Assembly (NCBI GenBank): GCA_965644295.1
Contig: CBFFRP010000097.1
Coordinates: 124,001 to 188,000 of the forward strand
Direction: 5' to 3'
Length of the DNA stretch: 64,000 nucleotides
DNA from: Paraphysomonas bandaiensis
Lineage: Eukaryota > Protista > Chrysophyceae
Part shown: positions 50,366 through 62,400 of the stretch, piece by piece
Position numbering within the stretch: position 1 is the first letter of the stretch
Layout: each line of letters begins with the position of its first letter
Program-made: the position numbers and the translations under genes
The notes under the pieces: generated by a model
What the model was told of the DNA's origin: nothing
The model's database searches: none
The model's input: the letters and a program-made list of their open reading frames with translations, nothing else

Positions 50366-52492
50366 ATGCAGAGAGTGGCCGGTACACGCATATGTAAAGA
50401 CAGGAAACCAAGTATGGCCCATGGTAATGATGGGAGCCCCTCCCTACACAGGCATAGGCTATACAAGCCTTCTAGAGGGAGTGATAGCGGTTATCATCGC
50501 AGAAAGATTGGGGCTGGGGAAGGCTCCAAGAGACCTATTTTGAGTTTAATACCCACAGAATCACCTGCACAAGTGTTGCTGATAACGCCAGACTGTATTG
50601 CTATATCTAATGATTATACTGATATGTGGAACACAGTTCATGAGGTTTGTGAAGAGGCTCGTAAGCGAATAATTCTACGGCGAAGACGACAGAGGGTTTT
50701 TAAGTCACAACTTCAGCTCATGGAACGCATTGGAAGTAGTCAGTCAAAAACTGGTTCAGCACATAACCTTAACCCTGCTATTTCTGATAAAACGAATTTA
50801 GATCTGAATATTCAAAGCAGTAGCTCGCCTACACTCACTGGAATCAGCTATACAGTAGACTATTCCCCATCCCAATCTAAGGCATCATCTTTTCGTGATG
50901 ACCGTGGAGCAACAGCGAGAGAGAAAGGATGCTTACTAACTAGCTGTGTCAATGAGAAGCCGAACACAACTCTCGTTGGAGCACATGCACTACCCGTTCG
51001 AAGATTAGTCCCACCTGATAAAATTGATGTCACCATGCTCAAAGAGGACTGTTCGGTATACCATTCAGGTCATGAAAACCTATCACCAACCGAAACGAGA
51101 AAGAGTAAATTCCAAGATCATATACCTTTTGATAGTGGTGCTTTGAATATTGTAGATAAGAATAATACACAGCACCAAACTTTTATTGGTGCTGGTGTAA
51201 AAGTTACTGATGGGTGTCCCAATAAGGGTCTAGCACATTCGAGCCCACCACACACTGAGCATAAACATGTTAGTGAATCATTTTCGAAAAATTCATCTGA
51301 TATGTGTAATGAGAAGGCGCATGATGTATTAAATGAAACGAGTGGGTATTCTCGACATACTCTGTGCGATAGGGACCGTGAAAAAGTCTTACCTTCGCCT
51401 CAACTGCCAGCTGAAGAGTATTATGAGACAGAGACTCGTATTCTGTATCATGGACACAATTTAGAAGGGAAATCAGAGACAAGCCCAATAGGCTTGAATA
51501 GGCAGAAATGCTTGCAGCTGCACAAGGAAATGTGTTCAGTAGGTGTTCAAACCGATCTATCTTTGATAGGAGTGGCCGATGCCGTAGATATAGCTGCAGC
51601 TCTTGTTAAATGTTGTATTCCATTCCAGTCAGTTTCTTCAACTGACCCCAATTATTGTATGGATCGAAATAAGGACTATCTTGATGCATCTCTTTCAGTT
51701 GTAGCTCAAGTACCAAGACCGAGTGTGGTGGCTGAAGGGTCGACTTCCAGCGGCACTATGACTCCTCATGATACATCTATTGACCAGAAGACGTCTTCTG
51801 TTTGTTCTGCTAAACCATTGCAGGATGAGGATCCTTCTCTCGTGGGACACCTTCGCTCATCACTGCTCATTTCCCCATTAACTATCGGATCATCTGATCC
51901 ACATTGTAATGAACAAATTACATCAACTCGAAGTTCACAGGAAAGAGCGTCCAAGTTTTTTGAAGCGTATAAACAAATGACCTCTTGGCCTCTTACTGAT
52001 GATTGTGATGATGCTAAAACCACTGAGTCTGAAATACACGACACAGAGAATGATAGAAAGACCGTCTACTGGGAATTTGACTTCGATGAAAAGAAAACTG
52101 TTTTCGACTCAGATCCTTTTACCTTTGGGGGAAGTAGGTGGCGACTAACGTTTCAGAAAAATATGTCCACAGGAAATTGTGTTTCTTACGGACTCATGAT
52201 TTCACATATTTCCCGACAGTGTGGTTCTAAACGCGTGGTAATTCAGTGTGAGTTTCGTCTCCATTGTGCTCTGCGCCCCCCATATATCCCTACGTTAACT
52301 AATGGGGATAGTAAAAATTGCTACGCTTTTTCCGATTCTACGCCTAGTTCCACTGGATATCAGCATTTTATTGGGTCTGATGTTATGAGATATGTGAAGA
52401 ATAAAAAATTGACTATTAGTGTAGAGCTAAGTAGACATCCTGGATTAGTGGCAGATATCGAGCAATTATGTGACCGTGAGTTCAGTTTTTAG
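50366..52492 (+). CDS. Low-complexity protein with C-terminal MATH/TRAF-like domain (paralog 2)
   Basis: WEFDF..SDPFTFGGSRWRLTFQKNMSTGNCVSYGLMISHISR is near-identical to paralog 1; start may be 50414. Confidence 0.75.
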   Translation: MQRVAGTRICKDRKPSMAHGNDGSPSLHRHRLYKPSRGSDSGYHRRKIGAGEGSKRPILSLIPTESPAQVLLITPDCIAISNDYTDMWNTVHEVCEEARKRIILRRRRQRVFKSQLQLMERIGSSQSKTGSAHNLNPAISDKTNLDLNIQSSSSPTLTGISYTVDYSPSQSKASSFRDDRGATAREKGCLLTSCVNEKPNTTLVGAHALPVRRLVPPDKIDVTMLKEDCSVYHSGHENLSPTETRKSKFQDHIPFDSGALNIVDKNNTQHQTFIGAGVKVTDGCPNKGLAHSSPPHTEHKHVSESFSKNSSDMCNEKAHDVLNETSGYSRHTLCDRDREKVLPSPQLPAEEYYETETRILYHGHNLEGKSETSPIGLNRQKCLQLHKEMCSVGVQTDLSLIGVADAVDIAAALVKCCIPFQSVSSTDPNYCMDRNKDYLDASLSVVAQVPRPSVVAEGSTSSGTMTPHDTSIDQKTSSVCSAKPLQDEDPSLVGHLRSSLLISPLTIGSSDPHCNEQITSTRSSQERASKFFEAYKQMTSWPLTDDCDDAKTTESEIHDTENDRKTVYWEFDFDEKKTVFDSDPFTFGGSRWRLTFQKNMSTGNCVSYGLMISHISRQCGSKRVVIQCEFRLHCALRPPYIPTLTNGDSKNCYAFSDSTPSSTGYQHFIGSDVMRYVKNKKLTISVELSRHPGLVADIEQLCDREFSF

Positions 52493-52897
52493 TCACTAGA
52501 AATGATTATTTCTAGTTGTAAGAGTATTATCTGTAGTGGTTTGTGATTGAATTGAACGAATGATGTAAAGTATATGAAACATTTTTGATATTAACGCTTT
52601 TAATTATATCTGGGTAGTTACCACATTTTAAGAGGACGCACAATGTATAAAATTCATATGCCTAGTGTACTATATATATGGCAATACCCTCAACGTCAAT
52701 GTAGTACTCTCAAACTTATTTATACTTTACTTGTTTGAAGATATACATATAATTACGGGAGAACCTGTACTTCAAAGGAGGGAGGAGGATACATCTAATT
52801 TCGTATGTCCACCATAGGAAAGAGGTAAATATATACTAGTCTTCAGTACTACATACACGCAAATATACATTGCTGCCTTATTTCTATGGTATTAGTG

Positions 52898-55315
52898 TCA
52901 ATTCCAAGAGTCGTACTCTAATTTATACCGATAAGGCTGTCTTCTGATCAATTGTTTATGTTCCCTGAGAGAAAGTCATAGAGTAAACAAACTCAAAAAA
53001 TATAAATCACGTACCAACATGCCTCATTCCACTTGTAGTTAGTCTCGCCAGCTATATCTGGCAGGTGACCACCAACAATACAGGTATTAGTAGCATTTTT
53101 AACTAAATTTTTGAGCGGTACAGCAGTTGTTGAGTCCCGCACGCCACTTGAAGTGTTGTAGGTACGGCTGGTGACACATCTCGGCGAATTGAAAGCACAG
53201 TACTTCCTTAATATAGCAAGCTCCTCATCACGCTCGCCAGAATTTTTTCCATGTAGCCAATGACAGTGCCTGTTTGATCCGCTTCCTATAATGACTTATT
53301 CTTACACTGAAGACATGTATAATATGAATTCAACCTGCTCTAATGGACTCTATGTCACATGTTGTTCCATGATTTGGCTCATACATATTACTTGCAATAT
53401 TTTTGTCTCCATGCCCAATTAAATCTGAACCTGGATAACAACGCCGAAACCTAGTACAGATGCCACGCACTCATAAATACGCAATGAATAGAACATAAAT
53501 CCTCAGCGAACGGGATGTGTAAACATAAATAAATGCTGAACTTCCAGCGGCACACATTACTTACTTGTCAACAAACCAAGATTCATTACGATTAGGGGCT
53601 TCATGAGATCTCCACATCCCTTCATGCGGCCACAGCACATACACACCATGCGAAAAAGATGCCAAATCAATTGAGGTGCCCAGTATATAACCATACATAC
53701 TGTAAACGACCCCACACAAATAATTAGTAGGATACGACTGTCATGATATATTACTCACGCGTATTTATGCATGCAGTAGTGTTCTGGATAAGGATTAAAG
53801 TATGGATGTTTTATCTCAACCATATCCCCAGACACACCCTCGGACTTAAAATCGCTAATTCTAATATGCTTATAGCCTTGAGTTCTAGTTTTCATGACTA
53901 CTTGAAAATCATCAAGAACTCTTGGGTGAAGTCTAAATGCTTCGTGTAGACACTTTAGCACTCCAATTTCTAAACACAGGAGCAGCGCTATAAATCAAAC
54001 AACAAGCTTTACTTTCTACTTCTTACCTGGTGCAGCCAAGTGCAACACAGCAGCAACAAGGGCTCCATTGCAGTTATTAGGTACTAATACAAAGCAGAAT
54101 ACGGACAACATAATCAAAATGAGCTGTACTGGACCCAACCCTAAAATACCTGGAATAATCGTTCCATCATAGTCCTTAGGTGTGCGTGGAGGATGAAATC
54201 TGAACATCAACATTACTTCTTACCATATATGAAGATAATGGCTACTATTCGAGCAACTAAAATCGACTCAAACAGAAACACATAACTCGTGTTTCTTGAT
54301 GTTAGCATTTTTGTTACCTTCGCCAATAATCCAGAAAGCAATATGCCCTCATATCATTTCGAACTATATAAATCGCTGATGTGATCTCGTGATTCTCTCG
54401 CATCTATGTGGCACAATCAAGACACAGAAACTATTGCTAAGGGTGAACACAGACTTACTTGAAGCACCACAGATGAATTCAGTGATAAAAATGGTTCCAG
54501 AGATCGCGACATGTTTAGAACGAGACTGTCTGCATCGAGGTGAAGAGTGAACTGAGCTTTATGAAGATGGTCTCGCTGAACAGATTCGTGTCTTGACACA
54601 AAAAAATCAGCTGGTGACATATCCGGTAAGAGATTAAGAGAGAAGAGATAGTCATGAGCTTTAGCGTAGCATGACCAGTGCTCACGCACCTAAATATAAT
54701 ATAGAAAAACAATAAACCCACATATACTGGACAAATATGTAGGCGATTCTGACACACCTTGTCAAATTCCGATGGATTGCGATCCACCCACGAGGAAGTT
54801 GCACTTATCACGACATTCACACGCGGAAGTTTACTAAACGCACTTGTAGATGGGGGGGAAAACATACCATCAGCCGATGATGGCTGTGCTACACACTTCT
54901 GGAATTCATCAACAGCTGAAAAACTCAATTTTACAGGAGAATAGCCCTCTCTATCATCTCTGCACTCATCCAGCTCTGGTACTAACTTCTTCACGTACAT
55001 TCCATATGTAAAATCGCCTTCAAACTTCTCATTTTCTAAAAATTCGACACCTGTTTGGTTTCGATCTAATAAATGACACACTTTATTGTTATAATACGCT
55101 GCATTGCATTCGGAGTGAAGGAGAAGTTTCAAACATGACTCATATGATACATAGTGAGGTTGACAGTGACTGGTCCATCCTCCAATCACATATTTCTTCT
55201 TGAGGTGTACTGCAGATGCCAGTGAATTGCATCTATCATCAGATGATTGCACCAGTGCAACACATAGAGCGATATATATCAGTATCACACGTACTGTGTG
55301 TGTAGTATGCAACAT
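52898..55315 (-). CDS. Secretory-pathway glycosyltransferase-like protein (DxD, GT-A) with PAN/apple-like N-domain, multi-exon
   Basis: Signal/anchor VILIYIALCVAL; C..ECNAAYYNNKVCHL; HWSCYAKAHDY..LHLDADSLVLNMSRSLEPFL resembles GT34-type enzymes; last exon ends ..YDSWN-TGA at 52898. Confidence 0.65.
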
Positions 55316-55719
55316 CTAGCTGTTCAGGATATACAGATGTGGTTTACATATGCAGAAAGATGGCTATGTACAATGAGGTGATATCCACTATAGACAATGA
55401 TGTTGCAGCTCTGTCCACTTAATAGCCCATGTGCATATGGTGTATGTGTTCTTCCTGTACGCACAGAGGTACACTGGCTGCTATGTAGGGGTCTTATAGA
55501 GGGTATGTGTACCTGGTCACATACTACCGTACACTGCTGCTAGTACACAACTGCAGCAGTACAGCACGTATAGATGGACAGAGTACAGTAGTACGCTATA
55601 GGTATATACGGACTGCAGTGCAGTGTTCCTGTTGAGCCGTGATATGTCAGTGTTAACGCACTCTACCACTACATTGCACCTCATTATATAAGAACCAATA
55701 CACCAATACAAGCACAATC

Positions 55720-56747
55720 ATGCTTAAGACTACCATTTGTCGCATCCCTAGATTGACGCCTCCAGGAGTGGTCCGTTACTTATCTAGAAAGTGGGTTCGT
55801 TATCTTTGTGTGTGCTCTGGTTATCTGATAAATATCTCTGTATAGAGTCACTCTGGAAGATGTGATAGCACACAATAACTATGGAACCATCCCTCGAATA
55901 AAGTCTGTGCTCTCATTCTATCAAGATGATGATTTTAGGAAGAAAATGCAGAAGCCTATTGCACCGTTAAGAAATTGGGGAGTCAACAATCCCTCTGCTT
56001 ATGCAGACATTAAGGTGTGATGCCACTATAGGGGTATATAACGTATCATATTGTGTTTGTTAGCATCCTGTCTTGCAAAAGTATAAATTCGACACCTTTG
56101 AGTTTCTGGAAGGTGCAGCACAAGCTTATGATAAAATCATGGAAACCGCTTTCTCGGACGACTTCGTATCGTATCGTTATGGGTAAGTATATTTCATGAA
56201 CTTCTGGTATTCATTGTAAAGAACTTTTTATCAGTAATACAGATAAGATACCTCCATCCGCACAATATTTGAAATATATACTTGATCCTCTCCCCCACCA
56301 ATATGTGGTAGAATTTGTGGATTTTATGCATCATAGAAAAAGACCATTCGTTCTCTGTGGACAGGAAGTAAACGCTGTAACCATACGGAGTGTGAAACCT
56401 CTTTTCTGCCTTTCCGGTAGGTTTTATTACTTTGGGAAACCTTATTGTAATTGTTTTGTCGACATCCAGATGGGGAGCTATTATCTACAGAAAGTTATCG
56501 CGACGAAAGCAAATCATTACCTGATACCGACCTCATTGCTGAAGTGAGTGTATTTTACGAGCTTTCTTTATTTTATGTGGAGAAGTTTCAAAGACCACAT
56601 TCACCAGTACACAGTGTGGATGACCCATTAGTTTGCGATTGTAGTGGGCATATTCAGTTTAGGGGGGTTCTGTCATCTGATAATTTAGAGTGGAAAGTTC
56701 AAGAATTTGTATTATATCCTAGTGATTTGCATGTATTTTATGAATAG
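55720..56747 (+). CDS. Putative mitochondrial Tim44/MAIP1-like protein, spliced
   Basis: Presequence-like MLKTTICRIPRLTPPGVVRYLSRK; FDTFEFLEGAAQAYDKI; C-terminal QFRG..LEWKVQEF; four short introns. Confidence 0.55.
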
Positions 56748-56950
56748 ATATAATTGGTAAATGATTACCATCCGTATTGAATGAACTCTATTGGAAGTAC
56801 GTTATAGTCTACTACTTAGTTATTAGTTGCACTATAAGCTACAGAAAATTGTGTGATGTGCTTACCACTTACCATTATCTTACTAGCCACATTAAATATT
56901 ATCATAAGCTGATATCTATTCCCAGATAATCGTCAAAATAGTTATTCTTA

Positions 56951-58691
56951 CTACGTAGCATGAGAACAAACTTCAAACTTAATTCCTGCTGCTGCAAGAG
57001 AGTCATATACGTTTGGGCTAAAATAGTACGCCGTTGAAGGTGTGAACACCCCCCCTCGTGGCATGGAACAGCCACCACTCAATTCTTTTCCATACTCCTT
57101 GAGTAATACTCTCGCTAGAGTAATGAATATACGGGGGGTAGCTACATACCCCGGCTCAGGTCCAGATACCGCCACTCTCATGATCTTATCACTTCTGGTA
57201 GACTCATTGTCGCTATCTCCACCACGCCCTGTGACAAAGAAATCCATGGTAAAGGATGTTTCTTCGAGCTGTTCTCTGCTTGGGCCATCATGAGAAAATA
57301 TACCGTATGTAAAGATTTCGGGATACTGTAAGAGTACAGATCGCCCAAAAGAATATGGAGCAAGTGATGTGACTACTCCTCCAACAATAGCAGTCGTCAG
57401 CATGTTTCCCCAATCTCCTACTACGGCATAAGCCGCATAGTGCGGAAATTTTCTGACACCTGTAAATATTTCAATATTAGTCTAGCTGTAGCACACAATA
57501 CTCATGGCAGAATAGAACCAGACATCTACGAGAATATAAATATATATATCCACATCAAAATACACGCTGCACCTGTCTCTAGCGAGAGTGATCGAAAAGA
57601 ACTTTTTACAACTGAAGCATCCGCGCCCATAAAAGGCATGACGTACTTGTCAAATCGTTCATCGAATTCAATCCCATTCTTTCTTCGCAAGCGGGGTTCG
57701 GGTGTGTTTAGAGTTGGTGGGTCGTACTTCTCTGCATGAATAGTAGGTAACATAAATGCGGCATCTATATCAATAACATACCGTTAATTTCTCGTCGTAT
57801 TCGTCGAAGGCTGTTGACATCTGCCATGCCATGTACAGCACACTCGAAAGTAGTGTAATGTGCAGCAATTCCACTGGGACCTGAGTGAATGGAAAGGTAA
57901 CTTTCAATACTATACACTTCGTGCGTATCCTGTCAACGCATCAGTAGTAAAGAGATATATTTCAGAGCAATACCTCATGCAACTCCTTAAACTTCCTCAT
58001 GCAAAAGAGTACTCCTAAATCTGCTGGAACGGAGTCAAAGGCACACGCATGGAGGACGAGAACACCAGCTTCGGCAGCAACTGCGTGATACCTACAAATT
58101 ACAACCTATTCAACATCTCTACTACAATGGATATGACTTATACACGGGAGTACAAGTCCTTACTTTAAAAACATATTCTCCATAAACTGTGGCTCGCCAC
58201 ATATGTCCATATAATGTGTGCGAGACTCAATGCACGCTTTCACAACAGGCTCGCCCAGAAACCGATACGGTCCTTTACAGGTGCTCAGATAACTAATCAC
58301 ACACCACAGGAATACATACCGGTACAGTTAAGCAGAAGCGTTCCCTGTGAAAAGGTCGCTAGTAGAGAGCAGTGGTCATCAGCACTAGCGATGAAGGTCG
58401 CGATATCTTCAGACAAACGCAACTCCTCAATCAGAGCGGTTAGTTTGGATTCCGATCTCCCTGCTATCGCCCATCTGATGATACTTATCATCACCCGACA
58501 ATCGATAACCACTTCTATACACCCACATACGCACATACATATACACACACATATATATTGTACAACATATACACATACATATAGATAACTACATACCGCA
58601 TATCCTGACCTTCATCTCGCAGGTACCGGCATACTTCTTTACCAGTAAAACCTGTGGCACCGTAGACAATAATGTCCCATGGACGATCCAT
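56951..58691 (-). CDS. SCCPDH: Saccharopine dehydrogenase-like oxidoreductase
   Basis: DIIVYGATGFTG, WAIAGRS, NCTGPYRFLGEPVV, DICGEP, HACAFDSVPADLG, GPEPGYVAT, GGVFTP; multi-exon. Confidence 0.92.
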
Positions 58692-58769
58692 TGTACAGAT
58701 ATATAATGAAGAGATCATCATGATATCCACTGACCCACTCGCAGTACTGTATACCTGAATACACTGCTC

Positions 58770-59198
58770 TGTATGTATGTATGTATGTATGTATGTATGT
58801 ATGTATGTATGTATGTATGTATGTATGTATGTATGTATGTATGTATGTATGTATGTATGTATGTATGTATGTATGTATGTATGTATGTATGTATGTATGT
58901 ATGTATGTATGTATGTATGTATGTATGTATGTATGTATGTATGTATGTATGTATGTATGTATGTATGTATGTATGTATGTATGTATGTATGTATGTATGT
59001 ATGTATGTATGTATGTATGTATGTATGTATGTATGTATGTATGTATGTATGTATGTATGTATGTATGTATGTATGTATGTACAGTATGTATGTATGTATG
59101 TATGTATGTATGTATGTATGTTTGTATGTATGTATTAATTTATGTATGTATGTATGTATGTAATGTATGTATGTATGTATGTATGTATGTATGTATGT
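58770..59198. repeat. (TATG)n microsatellite, ~430 bp, degenerate at the right end
   Basis: Seen directly; lies between divergent SCCPDH and the repeat-protein gene. Confidence 0.98.
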
Positions 59199-59457
59199 GT
59201 GTAGGACTCTGCTTCGTACACCACATAAAGGTTGGGTGTTTTTTAGTGGTGTGTGTGGGTAATTATTAAGTAGAATCTCGTTATTAAGGATGGCATGCTG
59301 GCTGGATCCTCACATGTATTGTCTTGACAACTAAACGGTGAAAGGAGTGGTATCAGTACTCGAACGGATAGCGAGATTATTAGTTTCAGTTAATATATCG
59401 ATACACTCCTCATCGTCCTCCGTATGATAAGACTCTGTATATAAAGACTCTTACAGT

Positions 59458-62400
59458 ATGTTGCGACTTGCTTTTAGGGTTTCATTTCGCCGGAATATCA
59501 GATCTCAAGGACTGGCTTTATGTGGTGTTGCTAGTGCGGAGCCCACTGCACCCATTGCATCTGTTGGGCTTAATAAGAATGTCGCGTCACTTGAGTCTCT
59601 TCTTCAGACTGATGTGAAGAATATTAAGGCAAATGATATCTCCGCTGTATTGGCAACATCAACACATCAATCGATTTCTCTTAGTAGTAATCAGATTAGG
59701 TTATTGATGCGAAGTATTCGAGGGAATGCTGAAAATTTCCCGACGCATGCAACTACATCGATACTCTATGGAATGCGAAATCATTCTAGTGATATTAAAG
59801 ACGTACGGGAGTTAATTTCAGCGGTTAGTGAGCATCTTGAGAGGGATTCATCTCTCTTTAGTGCTGCAGAGATTTGTCGATGCGTTGCGGGTATGCAACA
59901 CTTCAGTAGCAAATATGTCGAGGTGCGGCAACTACTCAGAATTCTCGTATCTCGTTACGACAGTAGTGTTTCTAATAGCGATACAAGGGTCGAGATAAGT
60001 GATATATCGGGTCTTTTTAGTGGTATTGGGGGTATGAGTACAGATCACTCGGAAGTTAGAGATCTCCTGAGTGGGGTGGTGATTCCCTGCGTAGCAGACT
60101 CTTCTCTGCCTCCAGCTATTATTATGCAAGGGATGTATGGAATGCGTCGGATGAGCTCCACTCACAGTGAGACCAGAAGTTTACTCGGTGCACTACTTGC
60201 ATCTGTTGATAATTCTGTGGATAGCGCGATAAATGCACGGGATATCGCACGCGCTCTGCATGGCCTACAAGGGACGACTTGCCGAGATGGAAGTGGATTG
60301 GAAGTTTCTGGAGCACTTGAACAATTATCAAAGTGGTTAGGAGTTGCTAAGGGTTTCATGTCTCATAAGGATATTGCAGCAGGATTGAGAGGTCTGCAGA
60401 GGATGTCATCTACGGACCATTCGGCAGTGGGAGAATTCGTTGAGGTTTTAGCGAGACACATTTCCGAGAGTCCAAAGGAGACTTGGTATCCTAGAAGTAT
60501 TTCAGTAGCGCTATATACAATTAGAAATTTGGATAGCAGAAACACATCTGTAGAGCGACTTCATGAGTCACTCGCGGAAGCCTTTAGTTTTGGTGCAACT
60601 GCGAAAGATAGCAAGGGGCTCAAATGGAACGAAAGGGATGCTGGTATTGCTATTGCCGGAGCAAAAGGTATAGTTGAAAGAACTTCCGGTATTCAGTGTA
60701 TGGGAACAAAAAAGTTGCTAACAGCCTTGTCTCTACGCACCAAGGGTTTTCAAGATCAACCGGAGTCTGGTGATGGAGGGAAAGCACTTGTTGATCTTAA
60801 TAGTCTATTGAGCTCCCACTTGTCAACGAATACAATGGACCCATGCATGACTTTGAATCGACTAAGAGACACACGGACGCCAACTAGAGTTGCCCTCCAA
60901 ACCGTTCAAAGCACTCTTCCAGCCCTTAGGGATACAGAGAAATTATCCGGTTCTCAGATTACGGCTGCTCTAAATGGGCTTCAGAACCTGGACGGAGGAA
61001 GTCCTGCAGTCAGAGAGGTGGTGCGAATTTTGGCAGAAAGACTACAAACTCTTTTGTCCGAGACCGAAGAAGTCATACTGTCTTCTCAAGATATGGGGTT
61101 ATGTTTTCATGGTCTGCGAAACATGACTAGTGATTATGTGGAGGTCCGAGCAATGGTCTCTGCCCTTGCGCAGGTTTTGGCACTGCAGGGGACACAGAAA
61201 AAAGACGGGATGAAGTGGGTACTGACGACACCAAGCATACAGAGCGCGTTCAATATGCTTCATCACATGCGAAGTGATCACAAGGAAGTGCGAATGTTCA
61301 TGGCAGCGCTGAGAACACATCTGGTGTATGCAGCTTCTTTGTCGACATTCACTAAAGGCCCTGGACTACGAATAGGAAGGGTGATGACTTGTCTACAAAA
61401 CATGACTACTGCTCATGCCGAGACTCGCGCCCTGGTATCTGCTCTGTGTGATGCTCTTCCCCCTCCTGCTCCCATGCTTAATCGTGAAGCAGCTATGGCT
61501 GCCAGAGGGTTAGTAGGGATGACAACCACACATAGAGAGGTTCGCCGGCTAGTTGGGGTTCTGGCTGCCCACATGTCTGAACCGATAACCCACGTAACCG
61601 ACGTCCTGACAGAGAAAGACTTCACACTTTTCCTCTCTGGAATTAAGGGACTAGAAACTTCTCATTCTGAAACTCGGCAGCTTTTGCATTTATTTGCTCA
61701 AAGAGTTTCGAACAACAGCACGACCTATTCGTGGCAATCGGTTGTCAAATCTGTGTACGGATTACAGAACATGAGCAGTGACTGCAGTGAGGTGAGAGCT
61801 CTCTTGAAGGTAATTGCCGATAAGTTGCGGGCGGATAATGCTAGGGAAATTCATCCCAACGATGTTGTTAGAGATAGAGATTTAGATGCCCAGGCTGTTG
61901 GAATGTGTCTATATGGCCTTCAAAATATGAGTAGTGAACATGTTGAGGTTCGGAATCTTCTATCAGGTGTATTACAGCACATAGCTCGCCGCGAGAACAA
62001 TTTGATATTTACACCTCAGTCGCTGACCATGGCGATGTATGGACTCCAATGTATGGGTTCTGGCCATAAGGAGGTCGTTGATATTGTTGGAATTCTTGCT
62101 TCAGGTTTCAGGCGGATGCTGAACGATCCAGATCGGAATGAACTTGATTGGAGACACGTAGCGACTGTGCTGTACGGCCTAAAAGGAATGAGTAGTGACC
62201 CTCCTCAGGTCAAAGCAGTACTTGCCTCAGTGATACAGTTAATGTCACGACTTGAGAAGAGAAATCTATCTCCGGAGATAAGAGACATAGCTATGTGCCT
62301 CACAGGTTTGCAATCTATGAGCACCACGTCGATAGAGGTTCGCGATTTATTTGTATCACTGGTTGGCCTGCTCAGCTCGACACAAATTACCTCAGCCTCG

